From: Lytechinus pictus
Lineage: Eukaryota
Reading direction: 5' to 3'
DNA length: 64,000 nt
Assembly (NCBI RefSeq): GCF_037042905.1
Contig: NC_087251.1
Location: 28,274,001-28,338,000 of the forward strand
The position numbers and the translations under genes were made by a program. Below are positions 26,912 to 40,600 of the stretch, in pieces (positions within the stretch are counted from its first letter, which is position 1; each line of letters starts with the position of its first letter). The notes under the pieces were generated by a model. That model had not been told where the DNA came from. It saw only the letters and a list, made by a program, of their open reading frames with translations, and did not search any database.

Positions 26912-28533
26912 TCTTGTATCCTATCTTCTTGTTATCTCAATATGAATGATATCTACACATGTACATCTCAGTTCACTTGGAAGTGGATAGATTCAGGAGA
27001 AACCATCTTTTCTGGGCCAAATAATTTGTAGGTTGCTCGTAGATCATTTTACTATTCAATGTAATAGACCGTTTGGTAAGATTTTCAAATTCTCTCACAC
27101 TATGTTACTTCATGCCAACATGCAGTGGTTTGCCCAAGGCTTGCCAGACATATCAACAAGTAATACATGCAAACTGAATGCTAAGCAGTGAGATCCACTT
27201 CTCTTTTTTTTTTTGAGCGCTTGATGCTCATAGAAGTATGAATAAATTTGAATATGTTTCAGAACTGGTCTATTTATCAAACATCTGTAAGCCTACAGTT
27301 AGTTTGCCAGTTGACTTATTTACTAACTTGTTCAAATGTAGCTCATAATTATTACTCATAAATTGCTCTTGACAAGATAATGTTTGACAGAGGCTTGTTA
27401 GGCTTTGCAGCAATTAATGTATGCACAGTGAATGCCAAGTACTTAATTTTTCACCACACTTCTCTTTATTTTGTCAGCTTTAAAAAAAAAACTTGGATAT
27501 TGAGGTAATTGTTTTAAAGAAATTTTTTTTTGGCTACCACGTCCATTATGTATTTTATGATGGTTTATTTCTGTGCCTCCACAATTGATCGCAAAATCAA
27601 CAAGACGGTGAAATATTTCCAAAATTAAAATGTTACAGCTAAAATTTGTTACCTTTATGTATTCTAGACTGCTTGGGTTGGATGTAATGGGGTTAGCCTG
27701 CTATTTAGGTAAGGCTCATAAATCAGAAAACTAAAAGAAGTTTAAAAATTTGAGTTCAACTGATGCAATCTTCTTTTGAGGAAAAATCAATATACACTTG
27801 AGTCCATCAGAGAAAGAATTGGAAGCATGTTGTCATGAAAAGTTTCATTGATTGATCTGTGTTTAAAGAACGTGGGATAATCACAATTCTATTCTAAATT
27901 GTATTCTTTAAAGGTATTCATTTTATTGCATGGTGGCATACTATATTGTTCTATTTATTCCTGATGCAAAGAGAAATCTGGTTTAACATATTACAAAAGT
28001 TTTAGTTAATTATGACCATGCTTTGTATTCGATTAAAAACACAAATATTTAGCCTATTTATAGGCCAAACAGTTTTTATCTAGTCGTTGACTGATAAGCA
28101 TTGATGGTCATTTTATCACACATTAGCCACAACCCCAGCTTTTAGGTGTTGATTGTCGGGTAAAGGCTTTGAAAATAATGCTGGATGACTGAGCCCAAGA
28201 ATAGAATCCATATACACGTATATTTAAATATTTTTACCCGTAGCTTAAGAGACCAGGAAAAAGGACAATGGAAACTGTTGTGAACACATAGTGTATTCTA
28301 GTCGGTCTGTTTTCTACCAGTGCAACTCTGTATGTTACTATCAATGACAAAACTAGTGGCATGTCTTTGGCATGCCCTGTGCAACAAGAATTATGGGATA
28401 AATGCAGTTCCCAAATTAATTCTCCTATTCTAATGAGCAAGCAAATTCATTGTATATTTACGAAGAACATGGATATTTCTTCAATTAAATGCATGTACCT
28501 GTGTTTAGCCAGAATAATAATTGTAGAGCACAA

Positions 28534-28885
28534 GGGGGCCGTTTCATAAAGCTGTTCATAAGTTATGCATGATTTTATGCATGAACTTACACACAATCGA
28601 TGACCAGGGGGGTGGTTCACAAAGATTTGTGTGACCTTGAGTGAAATTTAAAATGCCAAGTTGCATGCGATTAAATCATGCTGGATTACACGTTTCCTTG
28701 CGTATTAATCATTTGCAATCAATAAGATTGGACTTTGTGACTCTTAGTCATACTTCCAGGAACACCCCCCCTCCCACCGTTACTTGATCTACATGTATAT
28801 GATATAATCGCTATGTAGCTGACTTAGCACTCAAGAACATGCTCTAGTCATGCATAACTTACAAACAGGGTTATGAAACAACCGT
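28534..28885. mobile_element. Harbinger-type MITE with a nested related MITE
   Basis: GGGGGCCGTTTCATAAAG...TTATGAAACAACC; inner GGGGGGTGGTTCACAAAG element from ~28607. Confidence 0.6.
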
Positions 28886-29266
28886 CAGAAGTGTCATATA
28901 TGAAAGACTTAAGCAATGACTATATAAGAACATATAATTAATATTTATTAGTACTTTATCAGCATTTAAAAAGTGGATTCATAATTTTAACGATTGAACA
29001 AAACATACCTTGATATTTCAGATGAGTGCCTGTCAGTAAATGTAATTTTTTAATAATTGTATTCAATATCTATGATATAAATGTTTTAAGTATAAATTTA
29101 GATATAATGGATATTTAATTCCTTTTAAGGTAATCATTTGTAAATATTATCTTTGTCATACATGTGTATATTTGAACAAAATATAATTGAATAATAAACA
29201 ACTAATGTGTAAAGGAATTGATTACAAGTATTTTTTTTGAGAGGGCAATTCATCCTTGATCATTAA

Positions 29267-29838
29267 AGGTCAAGTCCACCCCAGAAAAATTTGTATTTTA
29301 ATCAAAAGAGAAAAATCAAACAAGCATAATGCTGAAAAATTCATCAAAATAATAAAGTTACAATTTAAAGTTTCGCTTATTTTTCACAAAACAGTTATAC
29401 GCACAACTCAATGACATGCAAATGAGAGTCAATGATGTCCCTCACTATTTCTTTTGTTTTGTTTGAATAATAAAATATTTCAATTTTTACAGATTTGATA
29501 ATAAAGACCAACTTAACTGAACCATAAAATGTTAAAATAGTGGTAATACCACATGTTCAGGGAGGAATAAAACTTTGTTTCACAGGACAACAGGGAGGAA
29601 ATTGAAATATAACATTTCATAGAATAAAAATAGATATAGTGAGTGATGTCATCAGTCCCCTTATTCGCATACCGAACAAGATGTGAATATAGCTGTTTTG
29701 TGAAATTAAGCGAAACTTGAAAATGTCATAACTTTCTTATTTTACATCCGATTTTGATGAAATTTTCATTGTTATGCTTGTTGGATTCTTCTCTTTTTAT
29801 TCAAATTGAGAAAAAAATTGTTGTGGTGGACTTGTCCG
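29267..29838. mobile_element. Kolobok-type MITE (AGGTCAAGTCCACC family)
   Basis: TTAA-AGGTCAAGTCCACCCC ... GGTGGACTTGTCC. Confidence 0.8.
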
Positions 29839-31092
29839 TAAAAAGCCAAGTCCACCTCAACAAGTTGATTTGAATCAACAGAGAGAAGAAATCACAACCC
29901 TAACAGTCACACCAGTGAAACAGACTCTAGGGCCAAATAACATAAAGCTTAGTGATTGATCATGGGGCTGATTGTTACAATTGATCATACACACTAATCA
30001 ATGCAATCAGTTGTAGAAATCAAACCCATAATCAATTGCTAAGTTTTATGTAATGGGGTTAAGAAAGACCAATTCTATTGGGTCAGTTTAGAGTTGGTTT
30101 TTGTTGGTTTGACAATAGCATAACACTGAAAACCTCGTCAAAATTGTTTACAAATTATTTAAGTTATGGCATTTTTCAAACTTTGCTTGCTTTTCAAACA
30201 CAGTAGTAATGCATTTTCATGAAATTTTCTTATGCTTGTTTTGATTTCCATGATTCAACTAAACTGGATTAGGTGGTGTATCATCAAGTGGAATCAAATG
30301 TAAAGTGTTCACAATTAAAATTTGAAGTGAAGCTTTGCCTATGTGAAACAACCCTTAATCATACCATACACTACAGAATGCACTTAAATGACAAATCAAG
30401 ACAACCATGATAAATTCATTTGTATTTATTTGGTTTTATTAATTTTATTTAACAAAATAAATAAAATTTATAAGTATTCATAAAATAGACACAAAAAAAG
30501 AAAGTACAAAAATACTGACAGATAAGTAATTTCAATTACAACATGATTCCCTGTACAGAAAACAGTCATTGAAAAATATTCAAAGACCAAACATTCAATC
30601 TAAAAAGATTAATATTTGTGCACTCATAGGTCCGTACTCTGAACGTTCATTTAATTTAAACTCTAAAAGTTATGGTTATGGATAGCTAATTGTGACAAGT
30701 CTCTAAAAGTAAAGGTTTATTAACTTATTTGGCAATCCAATCATTCTCAATTATGTGAGAATAACTAAAATAGTAGTCTTTAATATTAAGGCATGGAAAA
30801 ATTACTTGATTAAAAACAAGCGTAGAATGTAAACAACATTTGGACTTTGTTGGCTCATAATTTTAGCACAGACTTATACCACAGTCTAAGTTTACTTCAG
30901 ATTATGGGCCATAATGTTTGTAAATGGCAAGAATTTGTACAATTCACCTGCAACTGTGAATTTTTCCTTAGCTTTACAAATGAAACAAGGTTCTTAGCCA
31001 ACAAACTTACATGAGCCCGAGGACAACTTAACTGAGTGCCAGTATTTTTCATGGTAAACATGTTGGAGGTTATGGAAGGTTCTCACTGATGA

Positions 31093-31879
31093 GGACCTGA
31101 TCGGAGAGCGCCCGATGCTGATGAATCGTTTCTAATTTTGCTCAACCTAATCTGTGTAATGGACGAGTAAGTTCTTCTTTTTGAAGTATTCTTTTTATTC
31201 TTTGGTGTTAAGAAAAAGGAAAAAGATAGATCAGAAAAGGTAATCCTGCTTGGACGGACAAAACACTCCCTCCAAACCAGCACCCAAACGAGTGGCAGTC
31301 GAAGGAGTACGTGTCCAGGGAGAGTCGGGCGAGGCTTCTATTGCACGCCCGCTGGACTTAACTGGTGAATTTGACAAATATGCAGATGTAGTTGACGGCC
31401 CCCCGAGCTGGTTTTTATGTTTCTTTGAGGGTTTTGAGGAGATCGCAAAAAGGTTGGATGAAGTGTGTCTTAAACTAAAGGAACATGATGAATTTGTCAC
31501 AGCCTGCTCACTTCAAATTGACACTTTGGAGAAGGAAATCCAAGTTTTCAAGAAGGAGAGATCGAATCTTGAAATCAAACTTGATGACTTGGAAAATAGG
31601 AGCCGTAGGTGTAATCTGGTGTTTCACGGCATCCCAGAAAGCCCTAAAGAGAATTGCCAGGCTGCTATGCAAAACATGCTGACAACCTTTTGTATATACT
31701 TCCTTTTTAATAGCTTTTTTTTTCACTTTTGATCATGATGATGGTTTTTCCCCCCTTTTAGGTATTTTTTTTCTTGTTTATTTAGACTTTATTTTTTGTC
31801 TTTTTTGCCTTTTTTGATGACAAGAGCAGTTTGTTTACTTGCTTGATCATCTTGATTCAATAAAACACATGAAAAAAAA
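31093..31879 (+). mobile_element. Internally deleted L1/Tx1-clade LINE (5' end + partial ORF1 + 3' UTR + polyA)
   Basis: 17-bp TSD AAGGTTCTCACTGATGA (31076-31092, 31880-31896); ORF1-type coiled coil followed by LDDLENRSRRCNLVFHGIPE; AATAAA at 31859 followed by an A tail. Confidence 0.85.
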
Positions 31880-31956
31880 AAGGTTCTCACTGATGAACCA
31901 TCAAATCAAGTGTATTTACACTGGGTCGGGTTAGCTAGGCAATGTAATCATGATCA

Positions 31957-32565
31957 GGGGGCATTTCATAAAGCTGTTTGTAAGCTACAAATGACTTTAC
32001 GCACGACTGATGATCCTTCCTAGTGCTAGAAGATATATCCCAATGTAGCTTTAAGCACCTAAGAACATGATGTTCCAGTCTTGAGTAAAGTTGTGCGTAA
32101 GTTTACCAACAGCTCTATGAAATAACACCCAGGAGGGTGTTTCACAAAGACTTAAGTATGACTTGGGAGTCGCACTTTACCTAGTTGCGTACGTTATGAA
32201 AGGCATAACCGCATTGGTCAGATCATGCAAAGAGAATGCACACTACTGCGTATTGATCAATGAGATTGCGCGTTGTATTTCAGATACGCTTCGGCATTTC
32301 CCAAGGTCTTTAAGATCAAGTCATACTTGAATCTTTGAGAAACACCCCCCAGGTCTACCTTGATTCGTGCGATTGATGTTGCTCTGGTGGGTGTTTCATA
32401 AAGCTGTTCATAAGTTATGAGTGACTTTACGACAGACTGGTGATTTTTATTAAGCGCTAAATCAACAATGAAAATTTGGTGTATCATTTACCACAAGAAA
32501 GGATCATATTAAAGTGGTTCTTAAAGTTGCTCATAACTTATGAACAGCTTTATGAAACACCCATC
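31957..32565. mobile_element. Cluster of three Harbinger-type MITEs
   Basis: GGGGGCATTTCATAAAG (31957-32130), GGGTGTTTCACAAAG...CTTTGAGAAACACCC (32133-32350), GGGTGTTTCATAAAG...CTTTATGAAACACCC (32386-32565), bordered by CAG/CTG. Confidence 0.7.
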
Positions 32566-32793
32566 AGGTCCCATTCTCTAATATTTGAAGGCATAGCAAA
32601 TGATAGAGACTTCAAAGACATCACATTTTGGGCATATTAAAACACTTGTGAATTAACAGGGTGATAATGATAATAACAATCAACTTAAATGGAGGCCATT
32701 CATGGACCTCAATTACTTCTGGCTCCCTACCTTTATAGTATAGACATGTTTAAATACTTGTGATGATAACCAAATTCACCAAAATGATGTTAA

Positions 32794-33571
32794 CCCTAAT
32801 TCTCCCGGGGGGGGGGGGCCATAATGGCCCCCCCTCGACAATTTTCGCGATATATCCGCTGCGCAAATTTTTTTGACCTCGCCGCTCACTGACTTTTTAC
32901 TTTCAAGTCTCGCGCAAATTTTGAGACCAAATTTGTGACGACCCGATACGTGGTTACGACATTACGCGACATTACGTAAGTGCATGTCAGACCCAAAATT
33001 GCTCACAAACGTGATTTCATGTACAAATCCAATGCAAATTGTGTATTTAGCCAAAATTCATAAATGTATCATTATTTCTACTTTTACTGATTGAATTTAA
33101 TTAATTTTGCCTTGCTTGTGATCAGAATTAAGTCTGGAACGATTTCCATTGAAAAAACAATAAAAAAACAAAAAGTAAAAAAAACCAGGAAATACATAAG
33201 AAATTCATAAAACAATAAAATACATAAGAAATTGATTTCCAAACTGAAGTTTTTTTTAATTGCGATTGTTAAGAATGCTACAAAGAATATTTTAACCAAA
33301 AATTAGCATTCTAGGAGCTTTATTTAGTGAATTAGAGCAAAAAGTATGATTTATGCATAAATTAGCATAATTAATTCATATAAAATAAAATCTCATTATT
33401 TTGGAAAATTTTACCATACAGCCTTGTAGATTACATCGCACACAACCAGCGTGCAAATTTTTGCGTCGCTCGAGCGATCAGCGGCCAAAATCTTAAGGGG
33501 GGGCCATAATGGCCCCCCCCCCCCCCCCCCCCGGGAATGACAAGAATCAAAATACCCCGGGAGATTGAGGG
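32794..33571. mobile_element. piggyBac-type MITE
   Basis: TTAA TSD on both sides; TIR CCCTAATTCTCCCGGGG / CCCCGGGAGATTGAGGG; subterminal GGGGCCATAATGGCCCC palindromes. Confidence 0.85.
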
Positions 33572-35240
33572 TTAAATAGACCGAGACCAATCATGGATCA
33601 CCTTGAAAAGTAGGACCAACTATGAATAGGTAAAAAATATTGCACTTACTCTAGGCTTCTTAATACAGTTAATTGGTTCAACAGTGAGAACCTAAAATAC
33701 AGCTGCTATATGACTGATCTGTTTATGTTAGAAGATAGTTTTGTGTATAAAGACTAAAACAAAGCAATATAAATACACGCAACATATTGTAATCCTCTCA
33801 GCATAAAGAACACAAATATTGTATTACAAGTAGCATGAGAATGATTTATTAATCACTGTTGACAGAGAACACAAACATTGTATTACCAGTAGCATAAAAA
33901 TGATTTATTAATCATGGTTGATATGTCAGAGGTTGGGCTGCTATGTCACAGTCCAGTTAAACAAATATAATTTTGGAAGAGAGGTTTATAAATATATCAT
34001 AAATATCGTTATCACCAATTGAAAGAGACACCAAAATATATATTGTCATTATCTAAGCCAAAGCAAACTAGTACCAGCACCATTGCTTTTACTAACCGTT
34101 GCCCTGTATTCTTTTAAGAATTTGAGACAGGAGTGATTGTAGGAGAGAATGTCCTAGTCACAAAGGATGTCTTCTATATAAATCATGAATGGTAAATAAG
34201 ATATGTGCAATACCCCCACCCCTCCCCATGTCTGGCCAGGGCTTTTGAATCTTATCATCATTTGTAAAAGTAAGATAAATACAATGTTAGTATTAAAGAA
34301 CAAAGACAGAAATGGAATACAATGTAGTACAGGACAAATGAGACTGGTCAGAATTCCCCAAAATCACCAGCTTCTACCCATTCAATAACTACCGTATTTG
34401 GATGTGTCAGAATTGATCAGTTAATGCCTGATGAATCAAAAACAAAATTTTACAAAAAGATGCTGCCTTGACAACAAATTTTGTAAGAGCCAAACAGGAT
34501 AGAGGGACTGCTTTTCGTGGCGACCTGGGATATTCTACTTTCTCGTTCATTTTTATCACATTTTCATCAGATTTGTCAACAATTCTTATGAACAACATGT
34601 ACCGCTTTTCGCTGTCTTCAACGTGACCACTGTTCATTAATGGAAATGTCAAGTCCTTAAACATTGTGTCGGTCTGTTAGTTTTCTAAAATAGAAAGTGT
34701 TGTATGATGTTTTTAATACACACCTTGTAATATCCCAAAACAAATTCCCTATTGGACGACAGAATATGAAAGTAATTGAAAAACAAGGTAAATGCAATTA
34801 CTGAAAGATGAACTTTCTTCATTATTTGAGAAAAAAAAATCGACATGAAAGGACAAAAACTGTCCTTGGTAAAGACGAGCAGGCTCTCTTCATTTAACAA
34901 GCCTTGTTTAATTTTGGAGGATAGGTGTGACAATTATAATATTGCAGATAAATGCAAGGACTAAAGCAAAACTTGCTACAAGTGTGAGCATTGGTTATAA
35001 CAAAGATCACGTTAGAATTTGGGTTTAGTAAGTTCCTGGTGGGTGTTTCATAAAGCTATAAATTAAGAGCCTATTCCACAAGCAGAATCCCTACTTAAAA
35101 GCAGAATTACAATCACTGGAACCATGACATGATGAGCAACAGAAAAGGGATGCCATCCTCATGCAAGACAGTTGAAGGGAGGGAGGAATTCTCCCACAAG
35201 GTGTTGAGGGACAGACAATAAAAACATGAGCATCCCTCCT

Positions 35241-35427
35241 GTTGTGAAGACTAGAAGCAAAGGGGCCACAGAATGTTGTCATGCTAGCCACAATGAAGCC
35301 AGTTCTCGGAGTCACACGTGATGGGGAAAAAGAAGCCTGCCTTATACAAGCTATACGACTTCACAAACTGACCGTCGATCAGAGGGCCCAAAAGTATTTG
35401 TGCAAGAGCAAGTCACATTGTTGGAGT
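35241..35427 (+). pseudogene. piggyBac-like transposase fragment (frameshifted)
   Basis: Reassembled across frames: VVKTRSKGPQNVVMLATMKPVLGVTRDG-KKPALYKLYDFTK--VDQRAQKYLCKSKSHCW, matching the KPxxxxxYxxTKGGxDxxDQ...RW region. Confidence 0.7.
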
Positions 35428-35619
35428 CTGTGGACTCATTTGACAACCTGCACGAGATATGGAATGACAGGATCAAAGACCTTCATGTCTATCTGGACAT
35501 TTAGGATATTGAGGCAAATGCCTGTACTAACATGAATACTGATCATAATCATAATTGTTCATCGAAAACTAAAATGAAAATTGCCGGACTTAAATTAATG
35601 TTTGTGGTGTTAATAAGAT

Positions 35620-36250
35620 ATATGATTATGGCTTTTCACAAGACTTCATGGGAAAACATGATATAGTTCGTCTGAGCGAAAAGAAAACCGATTTGAATTT
35701 TTGAATATTTTCCTGGTTATCGTTTTTTGTTACAGCCCATAAAGGAACATTTCTATTGCCCTCTGTGGGACTCATGGATTAGCCATAATTATTTCTGATA
35801 GATTTGTGGGCCGTTTTTGAAATTCTGGACGATACTCAGTCAGAATCTATCTTATGGGTTAAACTGGACTTGAAAGGATTTTCTATTTTGATTGGATCAG
35901 TTTATGTCCAACACGGAGGGTCAAAGTACCATAGCATAAAAATCATTAAGTATTCAATGCAAATTCACTCAGTAATAAGGAACTTAAAGAGTTCAAATCG
36001 GGAAAAATTATTGGAAAATGATTAATAAGAAGAAAAAAAGATTCAGATTATATATCAAATGAACTATCTTTGCAGGACTTTTATGTCCATTTCAAAAATT
36101 TAGGTAATGGTAACATATCATCAAGCAATAATGATTCTGTAACATATCTGTATAAAGATTTTTCAACAGAGGAATTAGACAGAGCGACTGATATATCGGA
36201 AGTCATTAAGAAATTGAAACGGCTTAAAACTGATAAATCTTGAAGGGACA
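35620..36250 (+). pseudogene. CR1/L2-type LINE ORF2 fragments (APE endonuclease and pre-RT linker)
   Basis: SESILWVKLDLKGFSILIGSVYV and ELDRATDISEVIKKLKRLKTDKS*, interrupted by stops and deletions. Confidence 0.65.
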
Positions 36251-36259
36251 GCAGTATTC

Positions 36260-36544
36260 AGGATATCCATGATTCAGTCACATAACAAGAGTAAAGAATA
36301 CAACAGGGGCATGGATGCGATGAGGACAGAAACGTCGGCAAACCTACATCCTTCCACACTGCCATCCTGTGTTAGGAAACTGGAAGCGGCCGAATGGACA
36401 ATGATGAAACAGTTATTCACCACCGCCCTTTTTGTGGCAAAGGAAGAACTTTCGTTCAAGAAGTTCAGCCTACTGGTGACCCTCCAGCAGAAAAATGGAC
36501 TGAATCTTGGGTCCATGTACAGCAGTGATAATGCTTGTCGCAGG
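36260..36544 (+). pseudogene. hAT transposase fragment (ZNF862-like), exon-like with donor
   Basis: LFTTALFVAKEELSFKKFSLLVTLQQKNGLNLGSMYSSDNACR then gtaggt. Confidence 0.75.
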
Positions 36545-37035
36545 TAGGTTTTAATTTTTTTTTAAATGAAAAATATGAACAAAATTAAAATATATAGTCT
36601 ACTTGAAAGGAAATTCACTTAACTAATTTTTAGCACCGGTTACTGATTTTATTACGGTGAGTGTGAGATTGAAATTCAGGCCTAAATGAATTTCATATCA
36701 GATCTAAAGAATTTGGCAGGAAATTCTTTTGAAACGACATACAGATGATCACATAGAGACATATTTTTAGGTGACTGGTCTTTGCATCTACCTATATCAC
36801 ATCCAACACCCGGCTACAGTAATTAGTCAATATGTCCTAATCCAGTGGTGAAAATCTTCTATGATTGAAATTTTCAGCAGAAGGAAATGTCTTTCATGGA
36901 ATCATGTATACAAATGCAGTACATGACAGATTGTATATTTCTCCCTCACCTCGCACAGATGCTTTCTTGGGAGCATTTCTGGACCCAACTCCATACCAAA
37001 TTATTTTTTGTTTCATTTTCTTGTACTTTCTATCA

Positions 37036-37230
37036 GACCAAACAAATGGACAATGTGGAAATCTTCCTAGATTGTATTGTGGATGAGCTAAAGGAGGGGC
37101 ATCATCATTCATGCCCAAAAAAGATTTTGATATACACTAAGTGTATGAAGGCTTTCTCTGCTCTGTTCAGTTCCATCAGGGTAAAAAAAGGACAGTGGGT
37201 ATTTGCAGAGAATTGTAAGGATGATCCACA
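37036..37230 (+). pseudogene. Possible RecQ-like helicase fragment (as carried by AcademH transposons)
   Basis: IFLDCIVDELKE...PKKILIYTKCMKAFSALF resembles the RecQ motif-IV region; short and degenerate. Confidence 0.4.
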
Positions 37231-37311
37231 GTCGGACTACGACTTAAGACAGAGTCAAGAAACAGAAAAATCAAACATTGATACAACAAATAATGACGAA
37301 GAGTTATCTTA

Positions 37312-37650
37312 GGTTACAACCGAAGCAGATTGATACCTTCTCCATTCAAATAATTTTTTACTGATCATATCGCAGTTATGAAAGATAGCCTCCAGATAGA
37401 AGGTTGTGATGAATCGTTTCAAGAAAACCCAGAATACAATGAACCATTTTTCTCCAAATTCTCCTGTGAATACCTACCAACTTGCGTTCTGTGGTCTGCA
37501 ATAATGTTGGGGGATTTATCACGATATGTCAACCAAAAAGATACAGCTTTGTATTAGAGTGTGTATAAGAAACAAATCTCGGGAATACCCCGAATTATAG
37601 GTCATGCTGAGCAGCATTACATTCTTGAAAATAAGAATTTAAAAAAAAGT
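37312..37650 (+). pseudogene. Probable NOF/MULE-like transposase fragment (second copy at 40477-40820)
   Basis: NPEYNEPFFSKFSCEYLPTCVLWSAIMLGDLSRY...GHAEQHY resembles FB-NOF-type proteins (from memory). Confidence 0.45.
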
Positions 37651-40600
37651 GCAAGTAACCGGAATTACCAGATTATTTTTTTTGTCCATAGACTGTAGTG
37701 CTATTTTTAGGGACAAAGGGTAAGCTAATAAAATGGTGATATTCATGCACTAATATCTTGACAATTAATTTAACAATTGGCTTAAAATTTCATACGATTC
37801 CTGTTTGGCCTACAGGTGTGATATCATTACAACATTAGCTGGAAGATTAATTTATTCTTAAGATCCTGAATGAAGTAAAACAATCACTTTAACATGAAAT
37901 ACTCGTTAGCCCTGCCTAGGTCCCATTCCTCGTTTCGTTCAAATTTGTTAAAATTTCGAAGACAAGTGTCTGTGATCCATTATTGACCCCCTTACATTTC
38001 ATTGTCTAAAATCACTCTTCTGCGACCATCCGTCCACTATTTTGTCCATCTGAAAGCTACATATACATTGTATTATTTCAGCCTCCATATTCTCATTATC
38101 CTAGATGCTACATACTTTGAACAATATCAATTAAATAGTTTATGAGTTGGCCTTTCATATGCATCCAACAACTTTTTATATAAAAACTGTCTTCATGCTT
38201 GTATTCGAAATTCAAATTAAAAATTCTACTGTTTTGAATCCCCAAATCAAGACTAAAAACTTGTAAAATGGCATAACATTCTTACCTCAATTCCATTTTG
38301 TTCCATTTTCAGAGCATGTCTGCATCTTTCATGCATCAGTAACCATACATCTTTTTTGGAGTTATTTCAAAATTAGTGTGTAGGTTTTATTGGGATGCAG
38401 TGTATGTAAATTGAGGCCATTTCCTATTCCAAATACCTTTAAAACTTTGGAGAGACATTCTTCAAATTGTCACAGCATTCTTTGTTTTGTAAAATAGTTA
38501 AGGTAAAGATGCCATTTTGTCAAATAGTATATAATTTGTCATCCAACCCTTTTGTTTTTTCTAATCTACTCAAATTTCTGAGGTACATTTTGTCATTACC
38601 TTGGTAATGTCTCCTGCTTCATTGTTCCTGTCAATGATTGTAGTTTTAGTTAGGCTCTCTAATGTTTAGTTTAATTTTATTTTACAGCCATCGGTAGTAT
38701 TACCTTCTGTATATAGGACAGCTTCGAAGAGGAAGAGGAGTACATCTGCACCAAGCAGACCACCGAAAAAAAAGGCTGGTAAGGCCACAACAAAAACGGT
38801 GGTCTGCTTGGTCAGACCATCGTTTGTTGGTGGCAAAACCACAGTCCCATCCGCTAATGAGCTTGGGTACTTGCATGGAAAGGGGCTGGTGAGTGCAATC
38901 AATGTCTCAAAGTCCCTCAGTGCTGTTGGCATGCAGGAGGAAATTTCTTCCTGCTTTCAAGAGATGTTTGAGAAGCTGGATTTCAAATTTTTGAAGGTAT
39001 GTGAAATTTCATAATTCAAATTTCTGAGGTACATTTTGTCATTACCTTGGCAATGTCTCCTGCTTCATTGTTCCTGTCAATGATTGGAGTTTTAGTTAGG
39101 CTCTCTAATTTTTAGTTTTATTTTATTTTTCAGCCATCGGTAGTTTTACCTTCTGTATATAGGACGGCTTCGAAGAGGAAGAGGAGTACATCTGCACCAA
39201 GCAGAACACCAAAAAAAAGGCTGGTAAGCCCACAACAAAAACGGTGGTCTATTTGGTCAGACCATCGTTTGCTGGTGGAAAAACCACAGTCCCATCAGCA
39301 CATGAGCTTGGGTATTTGCATGGAAAGGGGCTGGTGAGTGCGATCAATGTGTCAGAGTCCCTTAGTGCTGTTGACATGCAGGAGGAAATTTCCTCCTGCT
39401 TTCAGGACCTGTTTGAACAGAATTTGATGTTCAAATTTTTAATTTAATTACCCATAGCACAAGAGGCAGTAGGGAGGAATCATTCCTCAGAGGACAAGAA
39501 TCACATGAATACAATCAGAAGCAGGGTCCTTGCCTCTATTCATGTCACATCCAACACCAAATTACAGTTATAAGACATTAATCAACATGTCCTCATCAAT
39601 GGTAAGAATCTTCAATGATGATTGAAATTTTCAGCAGTAGGAAAGGCATTTTATGGAATCATGGATACAAATTCAATACAAGAGTTCCTCAAGTATTCTT
39701 CTTATCTTTGTATATTTCTCTCTCACCCGTGTGATGCTTTCTTGGAAGTAATTCTGGACCCATCTACATACCAAACACCAACAGGATTACGGAATACATT
39801 ATCAGCCAACTGTGTAGCTATTACCCGGATCACAAAAGGCAGTAAGGAAGAATCATTCCTCGGTGGACAAGAATCATACGCGAATATAAGAACATCAGAA
39901 GCAGGGTCCTTGGTTCCATTCATGTCACACCCAACACCAGGCTACAGTTTTTAGAGAGAAATCAATATGTCTTCATCCAATGGCAAAAATCTTCTACAAT
40001 GACTGATATTTTAAGCAGTAGGAAAGGAATTTAATGGAATCATGGTTAAAAATTCGATACGTGATTTTTTTTAAATATACATTCTCAATTTGGTTATTTC
40101 TCCCTAATCTTGTACAGATGCTTTCTTGGGAGCAATTCTTGACCCGCGTCACACCAACAGTATTATGGAGCACATCATCAGTCAACTGTGCAGCTATTAC
40201 CAGGAGCACAAGAAGCAGTGAGGAAGAATCATTCCTCGGTGGACAAGAATCATACATGAATACAAGAACATTAGAAGCATGGTCATTGACTCTATTCATG
40301 TCACATCCAACACCCAGTTACAGTTATTAGAGATTAATGGTAAAAATCTTCTACAATGATTGAAATTTTCAACAGAAGGAAATGTCTTTCATGAAATCAT
40401 GGATATAAATGCAATACATGATTTCTTTATCTTTGGATCATTCCATGTCAAATCACCCCCCAAAAATAAAAAATTTGGTTACAACCGAAGCAGATTGATA
40501 TATGTACCTTCTCCATTCAAATCATTTTTTACTGATCATATCGCAGTTATGAAAGAAAGCCTCCAGATAGAAGGTTGTGATGAATCGTTTCAAGAAATCC

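Noticed and set aside
33807..33925. ~59-bp direct duplication
   Set aside because: Simple local tandem duplication with no further structure.
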